A DNA stretch of 64,000 nucleotides from Dehalococcoidia bacterium (lineage in GTDB: Bacteria; Chloroflexota; Dehalococcoidia; Lucifugimonadales; UBA3495). A program made the translations under genes and the position numbers. Shown here piece by piece: positions 24,670 to 32,475 of this stretch (positions are counted from its first letter, which is position 1; every line of letters starts with the position of its first letter). The stretch lies in the NCBI GenBank assembly GCA_963692995.1, contig OY843611.1, positions 2,874,440 through 2,938,439 on the forward strand, in the 5' to 3' direction. The notes under the pieces were generated by a model that saw only the letters and a program-made list of their open reading frames with translations, was not told the DNA's origin and searched no databases.

Positions 24670-26826
24670 ATGAACGCCAGAAAACTTTGCAACGATCTGC
24701 TTTATGCCGAGACCGAAACAACCGTAGTGAAAACCCTCAAGGACGCCGGGTACTGGGACGATCCCGCCGCCTGGCGTCCTTACGGCGACCTCGAAAACAA
24801 CTACGGCACCATCGGCAACCAGCAAAGCGAAGCCGTGGCCGCCCTGGTCGAAAAGATCGTCAACGCCATCGATGCCCGCCTTGCCAACGAATGCCTGAAA
24901 CGGGGTGAAGACCCGGCCTCCGCCGATGCTCCCCAGTCCATCCGGGAGGCCGTGCATCGCTACTTCGGCGGCGGCGGATCTTTTGATCCCGACCGCGACG
25001 GCCGCTTGTCCAACTGGCCTGATGCCCGACTCAATGCTGAAGGGGATTACATCACCGTGGCCGCCACCGGAGGGCGTCCCGAAGGGCGCGGCGGTTCCCG
25101 CAATGCCCGTCCTTGCCTGACCATTTCCGATAACGGAGAAGGCCAGACACCCGACGATTTTCCCGATACCTTTCTATCGCTGCACCGCAACAACAAGATC
25201 GGCACTCACTTCGTCCAGGGCAAGTTCAATATGGGCGCTACCGGCGCCCTGCCCTATTGCAGCGAACGCTACAACCTGCAACTGATCGTCTCGCGGCGCA
25301 ATCCCGCTTTACTGAACGGCAACGCTGCAAGGCGGGCCGGCGAATGGGGTTTTACCGTGGTTCGGCGCCAGCCGCCTACCAAGGACTCTCGTAGCTCCGT
25401 CTTTCAGTATTTGGCGCCGTTGAACGCTCAAAAGGACAAGTACGGCGACGTCCTGTCATTTCCGGCCGACGCCTATCCCATATTCCCCGACCGCAAGGGA
25501 GCGTATTCCAGGAACTCGCCACACGGCTCGCTGGTCAAGCTGTACGAGTACCACTGGCGGGGAACGAACTCCAATGTCCTGATGCCCGGCGATGGCGGCG
25601 GGTTGATCCGGCGCATTGAAATCGCCCTGGCCGAACCGGCCCTGCCGGTGAAACTATACGAATGCCGGGGCTATTCCGGCCACGCCAACTTTCGCGGCGT
25701 CCGGGGCATCCTGACCGACCTGGAACGCAACCCGGAGGACCTGGAACCCGGCTTTCCCCAAAGCGCCGACCTCAGCGTCGGCCGGAACCGGGTGAAAATC
25801 GGCCTCTATGTCTTCCAGCCAGATGCTTATCAAAGCCACCGCACCGCCCAGCACGGCGTTCTCTTTCTCTACAACGGCCAATTGCACGCGGCTTATCCGA
25901 CGCGCTTTTTCCGCCGTCAGAGCGTACGCAAGAGCTACCTCGCCAATGACCTGTTGGTCACCGTTGATTGCAGTCGCATCGACCGGCGGGATTTTGAGGA
26001 ACTCTTTATGAATAGCCGCGACCGACTGCGGACGAATTCCCCGATGGCCGTGGGCATGGAAAGCAAACTGGCCGATTTTCTGTATCACGACGCCGGCCTG
26101 CGCGCTTTGGATAAGGGGCGAAGGGACGCCGCCATCGCCGGCAAGTACAAAAACGACGCGGCCCGCACCGACCTGCTGAAAGAAATACTGACGAATAATC
26201 CCGATATATCCCGGTACTTGCTGAAAGGATCGGCGATTGCCCAAAGGGGGCGCGGTCCGCATTCCGCTCCATCGTCCCAGTTCGTCGGCCGGCAGTTCCC
26301 AACTTACTTCAAGCCCCGACGCCAGCGATGGCGCGTCGGCGCCGGCCGCACGGTTACGGTAGAGTTTGAAACCGACGCCGAAAACAACTACTTCGACCGC
26401 AAAGTCTCGCCGGGCCGCTGGTCAATAGCCGATGGCGACGGCGCCGACTGGACGAATTGCTGGGACCGTACCGGCCCGACGGGCGGCATCGCCCGTTTCC
26501 GCTGGGATACCGGAGATTCCCTGGCCGCAATCGGCCAGCCCGGCGATACTTACGACTTCACCTGGGCCGTGTCCGACGAGTCCCGCATCGAGCCTTTAGA
26601 AAGCCGCGCGACCGTCAGCGTTATCGAACCCATCATCCGCGACGGCGGCGACAACCGCAAACGGCGCGACAATATCGCGGAACTCCTCGATGGTCTCAAC
26701 ATTATCGAGGTTCGGGAAAAGGACTGGGCCGATCATCCTCTGGGCAAGTTCGACGGCAGAACGCAGTCCGCATCGCGGCGAACTCCGCTAACGCCGGGGA
26801 CCGGGAAGCGTGGGATTTTTACGTGA
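24670..26826 (+). CDS. GHKL (HSP90 / MutL / histidine-kinase-type) ATPase domain protein, apparently frameshifted near its 3' end
   Basis: N-box AALVEKIVNAIDARL. G1 box LTISDNGEGQTPDDF. G2-like GKFNMGATGALPY. The track ORF is 718 aa. Confidence 0.7.
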   Translation: MNARKLCNDLLYAETETTVVKTLKDAGYWDDPAAWRPYGDLENNYGTIGNQQSEAVAALVEKIVNAIDARLANECLKRGEDPASADAPQSIREAVHRYFGGGGSFDPDRDGRLSNWPDARLNAEGDYITVAATGGRPEGRGGSRNARPCLTISDNGEGQTPDDFPDTFLSLHRNNKIGTHFVQGKFNMGATGALPYCSERYNLQLIVSRRNPALLNGNAARRAGEWGFTVVRRQPPTKDSRSSVFQYLAPLNAQKDKYGDVLSFPADAYPIFPDRKGAYSRNSPHGSLVKLYEYHWRGTNSNVLMPGDGGGLIRRIEIALAEPALPVKLYECRGYSGHANFRGVRGILTDLERNPEDLEPGFPQSADLSVGRNRVKIGLYVFQPDAYQSHRTAQHGVLFLYNGQLHAAYPTRFFRRQSVRKSYLANDLLVTVDCSRIDRRDFEELFMNSRDRLRTNSPMAVGMESKLADFLYHDAGLRALDKGRRDAAIAGKYKNDAARTDLLKEILTNNPDISRYLLKGSAIAQRGRGPHSAPSSQFVGRQFPTYFKPRRQRWRVGAGRTVTVEFETDAENNYFDRKVSPGRWSIADGDGADWTNCWDRTGPTGGIARFRWDTGDSLAAIGQPGDTYDFTWAVSDESRIEPLESRATVSVIEPIIRDGGDNRKRRDNIAELLDGLNIIEVREKDWADHPLGKFDGRTQSASRRTPLTPGTGKRGIFT

Positions 26827-27113
26827 ATGCCGACCACGACGCCATCCATCACTATAGCCAGGCCGGCAGCCGGCCGATTGCCGCGGCGCGGGAGGTCTTC
26901 GTCACCGCAGTGGCGTTTCTGGCCCTGGCGATAATTCGCGGCGCGGCCCAGCCGCCGCCCGGCGGGAAATCGGGACGGGACGGCGCTGCGAACCGTGGGC
27001 CGGAAACGGACCGGCCGGAGGAAGCCAGCCGGATACTCAGCGACCTCGCTCCCGTTCTGCTGCCCCTCATTGGCTCGCTGTGGGTGACCAGCGAGAAGGA
27101 AGCCGCCTCCTGA
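26757..27113 (+). CDS. probable C-terminal continuation of the GHKL ATPase in the -1 frame (about 118 codons)
   Basis: From about 26757 the -1 frame reads (Q)NAVRIAANSANAGDREAWDFYVNADHDAIHHYSQAGSRPIAAAREVFVTAVAFLALAIIRG..., with native-like codon usage. The annotated frame instead decays into RTQSASRRTPLTPGTGKRGIFT-stop. Confidence 0.5.
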   Translation, partial: QNAVRIAANSANAGDREAWDFYVNADHDAIHHYSQAGSRPIAAAREVFVTAVAFLALAIIRGAAQPPPGGKSGRDGAANRGPETDRPEEASRILSDLAPVLLPLIGSLWVTSEKEAAS

Positions 27114-27481
27114 CGGCGGCCAATTCCGCCAATGCCTCAGGTAGGACGAAATTCGATGCAGTTTCCCTAACCGGCTGACCTTGCCATCGCCTCCCACCAC
27201 CCAAATACGAATCCTAACACCATGATCAGCACGGGGTGAACGAGGACGAACAATAAAATCCCGATCCTTCCGGTCCTTAGGTTCCAGATACGGTGGGTTT
27301 TCAATAAGGGCCTCCTGGCCGATGGCGCGACAGAATTGTTCCCACGAGACTGTCATCCACGCTTTCCAACAGCGTGAGCTCATTCGCGTGGACGGGGACA
27401 TCTATCGGGTGGGCAATGCCTACGAGCTGTGCAATCCTCGCAACCTGCGGGCGGTCAAGATCAACCGACGCGCATCAGGGA

Positions 27482-28276
27482 TCAGCTCCCCGGTTCGTCG
27501 TCGCGCCGCCGCAGCTCTCCTTCCAGTTCCCGAATGCGGGCTTCGGCAGCCTGACGGGCCGTCCGCTCCCCTTGGGCCTGGGCTTCGGCAGACTGACGGG
27601 CCGTCCGCTCCCGTCGGGCCGCCGTCCGCTCCCGTCGGGCCACCGCCTCGGCCCGTTCCCGGGCCACCCGTTCCGCCTCAAAGGTGGCGATGTGTTCCCC
27701 CGTGGCCGGGTCAATCCAGCGCAGTTCGCCCAGTTCCCAGCGCAGGATCAGATCCAGCGCCGGGCTGTAGCCTTCCCACACGCCAGCCGCCGTCGGCCGC
27801 ACCGGGACGGGAACGTACCGGCCGTCCACCAGCCGGTCGCCAGCCAGCCGGGACCCGTGATGCTCTCCGGTGTGGTCAAAGCGCCAATACTCCCCAACGC
27901 CCAAAGCGGCGTAGTCGACTCGCTTGGCGCCGGTGTCCACTTCCGCCGTGCTGGGCGAGGCTACTTCCAGCACGAAGTCCGGCGGCTTGCCCTGCTCCGA
28001 CACGACGTAGCCGTTGGCCGTTTCGTAAGCAGCCGCGTTCACGTCAAAGGCGATCAGCAGGTCGGGGTAGCGCGCCCGCTCCCGAAAGGTTCCCGGCGCG
28101 GCGACAATCCACCGATCCGCTTCCACCAGCGTGGTTTCGGGACTGCCGAAGCGCTGCGCCAGGTAATGGGCGCTGCCGTGTTTATGCAGGTGGTCGTAAG
28201 CGGTCACTTCGTCAGGCTCGCGGGGCGGCGGGTCCGGCAGCCGGAAGGAAGCGCCGGTTGGATTGAGGACGACCAT
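27482..28276 (-). CDS. Uma2 family (DUF820) PD-(D/E)xK endonuclease with an Arg/Glu/Ala-rich C-terminal coiled-coil tail
   Basis: YPDLLIAFDV ... PPDFVLEVASPSTAEVDTGAKRVDYAALGVGEYWRFD is the classic Uma2 D...E-x-S/K core. The start was set at the ATG at 28276 (MVVLNP), after GGAGA. The tail reads RERAEAVARRERTAARRERTARQSAEAQ. Confidence 0.8.
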   Translation of the reverse strand: MVVLNPTGASFRLPDPPPREPDEVTAYDHLHKHGSAHYLAQRFGSPETTLVEADRWIVAAPGTFRERARYPDLLIAFDVNAAAYETANGYVVSEQGKPPDFVLEVASPSTAEVDTGAKRVDYAALGVGEYWRFDHTGEHHGSRLAGDRLVDGRYVPVPVRPTAAGVWEGYSPALDLILRWELGELRWIDPATGEHIATFEAERVARERAEAVARRERTAARRERTARQSAEAQAQGERTARQAAEARIRELEGELRRRDDEPGS

Positions 28277-28484
28277 GGCAGTCTCCATGTTTGGCAGATG
28301 GGCGCCGTTTCGCATTCCAGCCCGGCCATCGGCGACGCCGGCACGAAACCCGCGCCAGGCCCAAGCCGGGCGGCGCCGACCGCATCGTCAGCTGCGCTCC
28401 TGACGCCAGCCGGCCCGACTAAAATAGTCGGGAAGGTCCGCCGCGTCAAGGCAACGGGTTATCTTTTGAAATCGCCGACCGACT

Positions 28485-28988
28485 ATGGACTACTGGCACG
28501 AATCGCCCACCTTCCTCAACCGACGCAATGAGCTCGCCCTGGGCCTGTCGCCGGCGCAACTGCTGTTCGTCATGGCTACCCTGGCGATCTGGGGCTTCAT
28601 CTGCCTCATGCTGGGCGCCTGGATCACCATTGCCCTGATCCAGTGGGGACTGGCCCTCCTGGGCGCCGGGGCCACCGTCGCCCTCGCCCTCGTCAAACTC
28701 GGCGGCCTGCGCCTGTACCACTGGCTGGCTCTCTTCGTCTGGCGGCAGCTGAGTCGCCCGATTTACCTGGGCGACCTGGCTACCCTGCTCACCGAGCCAA
28801 CCGACGCCGGAGGCTCGCGTTGGAAAACCGGCGCCGCCCAGGGCTGGCGCAGCCTCCGCGGCAGCGCCGCCCTGCGTCAGGGCATGTGGCAAACCGAAGG
28901 ACACGCCGGCAACTTCTACCGGGGCCTGACCCGCGCCGTCCGCGAAACCGCCCGCTTCTTCTGGAAAGGGCCAGCCCGATCCGGCTGA
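28485..28988 (+). CDS. PrgI / VirB3-like small T4SS membrane protein (167 aa), tentative
   Basis: The N-terminus reads NRRNELALGLSPAQLLFVMATLAIWGFICLMLGAWITIALIQWGLALLGAG. This is a short cytoplasmic lead, a G-L-t/s-x-x-Q-l motif and then two TM helices, as I recall for PrgI/TcpE/VirB3-type proteins. Confidence 0.4.
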   Translation: MDYWHESPTFLNRRNELALGLSPAQLLFVMATLAIWGFICLMLGAWITIALIQWGLALLGAGATVALALVKLGGLRLYHWLALFVWRQLSRPIYLGDLATLLTEPTDAGGSRWKTGAAQGWRSLRGSAALRQGMWQTEGHAGNFYRGLTRAVRETARFFWKGPARSG

Positions 28989-29163
28989 AGGACCCGCCGG
29001 CTATCCCGAAAACCGCCCAGAGGCCCGGAGCGGCCCCGGAACCGCAGCAAAGGGGAAATCCCCAAAGAATGCCCGAAGGCCAGCGAGGGGCGTTTCCGGG
29101 CTATTCCAGGCCCGCTACGGATCAAGCCGGACGCCCAATTCGCCCCAGCGCCGCTAAAAACGC

Positions 29164-29198
29164 GAATGGGCCGGACTACGTTACTTTCCGGCCCATTC
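29164..29198. promoter_or_regulatory. perfect 12-bp-stem hairpin 38 nt upstream of the Toprim/D5-like gene
   Basis: GAATGGGCCGGA (29164-29175), 11-nt loop, TCCGGCCCATTC (29187-29198). The T-run (GCGTTTTT) is on the minus-strand side only. Confidence 0.4.
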
Positions 29199-29235
29199 CT
29201 TGCCCGCTCACCGACACCCGCGAAGGACAGAAAGC

Positions 29236-31911
29236 ATGGCAACTACATCGTATCAGAAACTCGCCCATCCCGACAATATCGCCCGCTGGCTCCGCGGCCG
29301 CAAGATCGGCGCCAACGACTGGCGCATTCCCCACCTCTGCGGCGGAGAACGCGCCCTTTCCGATAACCCCGGACTGAGCCTGTCCCTGGACAAAAATGGC
29401 CGCACGATTTTTTACTGCCACTACGGCTGCGACCCCGACGATACCAGAGCCGCCCTGGCGCCCTTCGCCGTCGGCCGAGGCAAGGTTCCTCCGCCCATCG
29501 CCCCGCGCCGCTCTTCGCGCAACAACGGCGGCAGCAGCAGCGGCAACGGCGGCAACGGCGGCAGCAGCGGCAACGGTAGCAACGGCGGCAACGGCAGCAG
29601 CAGCGGCAACGGTAGCAACGGCAGCAGCAGCAACGGCAACGGCAATGGCAGCAACGGCGGCCCCTCTTTCGCCCCCGGCAATCACCCCTGCCCCCAGTGC
29701 GGCAACCCCGCCGGGTTTCAGGCCCAGTCCGACCCCCGCTCCGGCTGGCCGATCCTTACCAGCCTCTGCTCCTGCGCCCTTTCCTACTCCCGGATGCTCG
29801 CCGCCCTGCCTCCCGCCGTCGGCGCCGCCTGGCAAGCCTGGGCCGATTACGCCACCGGCGCCGGCTCCCGCCGCATTATCCGCGCTTTTCCCGAAACCGC
29901 TAAATCCGGCAAATCCAAATCCCGCTGGTCCGGCAAAGGCCCTCTGGCCGGTCTGCAACCCCGCCGCTGGCTTCCCGATGCCCCAGCTCAGTCCATCATC
30001 CTCGCCGAAGGCGAAAAGGCCGCCGCCGCCGTCCATTCCGCCCGGCTCAACCTCCCCATCGTCGCCGCCAGCCTCCCCGGCGCCGCCGCCATGGCAACCG
30101 CCGACTACTCCCCCTTCGCCGGATGCGATATCACCGTCTGGCCCGATAACGACGCCACCGGCCAGGCCGCCGCCCAACGCGCCATCGCCGCCCTCTACCG
30201 CGCCGGCGCCGCCACCGTCCGCATGGTCTCCCCCGACGAATGCGCCCGCTTCCTGCCTGCCGACGCCGCTACCGTCGGCTGCGACGCCGCCGACCTGGAC
30301 GCCGCCCTGGTCCGCCTCCTGATCCAGCGCGCCGCTACCGCCGATCCCCCAGTGGAAAAGGACGATCCCTATATGCAGCCGCTACCCTCCGATCTCCTCA
30401 ACTCCGCCAGCCTGCAAGGCGAAAAACCCACCTGCGACGGCACCATGCTCCGCATGCTCTGCGCCGACCAGGGCAGCGGTCTCCTCTTCGCCGCCGCCGC
30501 CGCCGGCTCCCCCGACCAACTCCTGGTCAGCGACGACACCGGCGTCTGGCGGGCCGATACCGGCGAACTCCGCTACCGCGTCCGCGCCGCCGCCTACCAC
30601 TGGGCCGCCGCGGCGCAAGAAGCCGCCGACGCCGGACGAGTCAAGCCCGCCTACGCCCGACAAGTCAAAAACTGGGCGCAGTCCTGCGAAAACGCCGCCG
30701 CCCAAGACCGCGCCCTCGCCTCCGCCGGCGCCGTCTATCACAGCCTGGCCGCCGCCGGCGCCCTCCCCGCGCAACTCCTGGTCAGCTCCGGGGACGCCCT
30801 GGATCAGGACGACGCCAGCCTGGGCGCCCGCAACGGCGTGATCAATTTGCAAACCGGAGAACTCCTCACCGGCGACGCCGCCCGGGCCCGCCGCGTTACC
30901 CGCCGCATTCCCGACGATTACCACCCCGACGCCGTTCATCCCACCCTGGATCGCCTGCTGGAACTGCTGCCCGCCCAGGAAGCCGACGGCCTGTTGGATA
31001 CCTTCGCCTTCGCTCTCGGCGGACAGCCGGCCGGACAAATCGTTCTGCTGGCCGGCCCGCCTAACTCCGCCCGCAGCCTGCTGTCCGCCGCCGTAACCGC
31101 CGTCCTCGGCGACTTCCGCAGCCGCGGCTACGCCATGTCCCTGCACCCCGACGCCCTGCTCCGGCCCCGCGCCAGCGGCGGAGTCTATAGCCACAGCCAT
31201 CAAGCCTGGCTGGTCGGCGTGCAAGACGCCCGCGTCGCTACCCTGCCCAACTTCGACCCGGAGCCGGACGCCGCTCTGGACACCGGCCTGCTCAGCCGAC
31301 TGGACGGCAGCAAAGTCCTCGCCCTGCGCGACGTGGGCGACCGCGCCGGCGTCTCCCGCCCCGCCGCCGCTACTCTCTTCATCCCGGTCAGCGAGCAAAC
31401 CCTCGACGAAACTTTTCTCGATACCTACGGCCGCGAACTGGCCGGACGCCTGCGCGTCTTTCACTTCCCGCCGCAACCCCCCGGACGGGCCGAGGGCAGC
31501 GCCGCCGACTTGCTCCGGGAACCGGCCGGCCGGCAAGCCCTGCTGGCCCGGCTGGTCCGGCGGGCCGCCGCCCTGACCGACCGCCAGGACCCGCCGCAGC
31601 CGCCGACGTACCGCGAGCCGGAAGACGCCGCGCCGTCGCCGCGGGAACGCGCCGCCCGGTGGATCCGCGACTGCGTGGAAGTCACCGGCGACCCGGCCCA
31701 CCGGATCAGCGCCGCCGAACTGATGCGGGCCGCCGCCCAGGCCCTGGGCGGCGACGGACGGGAACGCGCCGGCGGGCTGACCCGCAAAGCGCTGCTGTTT
31801 CTCCTCAAAAGCCACGACCCCAACTTCCCGGAATCGGCGCCGCTGCGGATGGGATCGCAAGTGGCGCGGGGCTACGCCGGCGTGCGCCTCAAGCCGAAGG
31901 CGGGATCGTGA
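29236..31911 (+). CDS. primase-helicase-like protein (891 aa): N-terminal Zn-binding region, Gly/Ser/Asn low-complexity insert, Toprim domain, and a D5/P4-alpha-like NTPase region with a degenerate Walker A
   Basis: ATG at 29236 (MATTSYQKL). Cys/His clusters are HLCGGE...FYCHYGCD and CPQCGNP...CSC. Toprim motifs are IILAEGEKAAAAV ... ITVWPDNDATGQAAA. The P-loop position reads LLAGPPNSARSLL, where GxxxxGK[ST] is expected. Confidence 0.65.
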   Translation: MATTSYQKLAHPDNIARWLRGRKIGANDWRIPHLCGGERALSDNPGLSLSLDKNGRTIFYCHYGCDPDDTRAALAPFAVGRGKVPPPIAPRRSSRNNGGSSSGNGGNGGSSGNGSNGGNGSSSGNGSNGSSSNGNGNGSNGGPSFAPGNHPCPQCGNPAGFQAQSDPRSGWPILTSLCSCALSYSRMLAALPPAVGAAWQAWADYATGAGSRRIIRAFPETAKSGKSKSRWSGKGPLAGLQPRRWLPDAPAQSIILAEGEKAAAAVHSARLNLPIVAASLPGAAAMATADYSPFAGCDITVWPDNDATGQAAAQRAIAALYRAGAATVRMVSPDECARFLPADAATVGCDAADLDAALVRLLIQRAATADPPVEKDDPYMQPLPSDLLNSASLQGEKPTCDGTMLRMLCADQGSGLLFAAAAAGSPDQLLVSDDTGVWRADTGELRYRVRAAAYHWAAAAQEAADAGRVKPAYARQVKNWAQSCENAAAQDRALASAGAVYHSLAAAGALPAQLLVSSGDALDQDDASLGARNGVINLQTGELLTGDAARARRVTRRIPDDYHPDAVHPTLDRLLELLPAQEADGLLDTFAFALGGQPAGQIVLLAGPPNSARSLLSAAVTAVLGDFRSRGYAMSLHPDALLRPRASGGVYSHSHQAWLVGVQDARVATLPNFDPEPDAALDTGLLSRLDGSKVLALRDVGDRAGVSRPAAATLFIPVSEQTLDETFLDTYGRELAGRLRVFHFPPQPPGRAEGSAADLLREPAGRQALLARLVRRAAALTDRQDPPQPPTYREPEDAAPSPRERAARWIRDCVEVTGDPAHRISAAELMRAAAQALGGDGRERAGGLTRKALLFLLKSHDPNFPESAPLRMGSQVARGYAGVRLKPKAGS

Positions 31912-31922
31912 GGACGGGGGAC

Positions 31923-32172
31923 GCCGCAATGGGGCCAGGAAGGGCCGGAAAGGGGCCGGAGACGCCGGGAACGCCGCAAAAGGGCGCAAAGGTAGGGAAG
32001 GGCGGCAAAGGGGCCTCAGAGACGCCGGAACGCCGCAAAGCGGGGTCGCCAGACCGCAGCGGGGCCAGAAGGCCAGGGAACGCCGCAAGGGAAGGATCGC
32101 GCCGCCGCCGCAAAGGGAGGTCAGGGATGTCGCCGGAACTGCCGCCGCAAGGGGACGCTGGGGATGCCGCAA
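31923..32172 (+). repeat. left array of GCCGCAA(A/G)GG motifs (7 exact plus 2 variant copies, + strand orientation)
   Basis: GCCGCAA occurs at 31923, 31973, 32032, 32082, 32107, 32144 and 32166. Variants gcgcaaagg (31984) and gcggcaaagg (32002) are also present. Spacing is irregular. Confidence 0.85.
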
Positions 32173-32258
32173 AGGGACTTCGGGAAGGCCGCCAGGGGAA
32201 CGGATCGGGCCGGGCAAACCAGCCACGCCGCCGCCCTCAAATCGGCCTCCGCAGCGGC

Positions 32259-32304
32259 CTTCAAACCGGCCCAAAACCGGCCCTCAAACCGGCCCAAAAT
32301 CGGG
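32259..32304 (+). repeat. four tandem CAAA(A)CCGGCC-like units abutting the inverted-repeat core
   Basis: cttcaaaccggcc caaaaccggcc ctcaaaccggcc caaaatcggg. Confidence 0.75.
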
Positions 32305-32306
32305 TT

Positions 32307-32416
32307 TGTAACACTTGTAACAGGAAATCCTTAATTAACTATAGAGCTGAGAATTTAAAATCGAAAATTCAGTTTAACCTAAAGCACTATAGGGATCTCC
32401 TGTTACAAGTGTTACA
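32307..32416. other. candidate origin / DNA-unwinding core: a perfect 19-bp inverted repeat flanking a 72-bp, 29% G+C spacer
   Basis: TGTAACACTTGTAACAGGA (32307-32325) and its exact reverse complement TCCTGTTACAAGTGTTACA (32398-32416). The spacer has 21 G/C of 72 by my count. It contains GAATTT-n8-AAATTC and two ACTATAG copies. Confidence 0.6.
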
Positions 32417-32475
32417 TTTGCCAAAATATTAGAACAAATCACCCTAATTTGTTCGGGAAATTAGTACATTTGTCC

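Noticed and set aside
27114-27481. Competing ORFs between the GHKL gene and the Uma2 gene: 26733..27401 (-), whose 5' part reads MTVSWEQFCRAIGQEALIENPPYLEPKDRKDRDFIVRPRS...VVGGDGKVSRLGKLHRI; and 27322..(+) reading MARQNCSHETVIHAFQQRELIRVDGDIYRVGNAYELC.
   Set aside because: I could not decide which strand, if either, is coding. The minus ORF runs antisense through the likely GHKL C-terminal extension, and the plus ORF runs antisense into Uma2. It may be a small toxin/antitoxin-like gene or a gene fragment. I left it unannotated.
29176-32274. ORFs 29176..30177 (-), 29396..30322 (+), 30240..31064 (+) and 30382..32274 (-, 630 aa) overlapping the Toprim/D5-like gene.
   Set aside because: These are Gly/Ala/Pro/Arg-rich shadow frames of a high-GC gene. 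The 29236..31911 frame carries the recognisable Toprim and Zn motifs.
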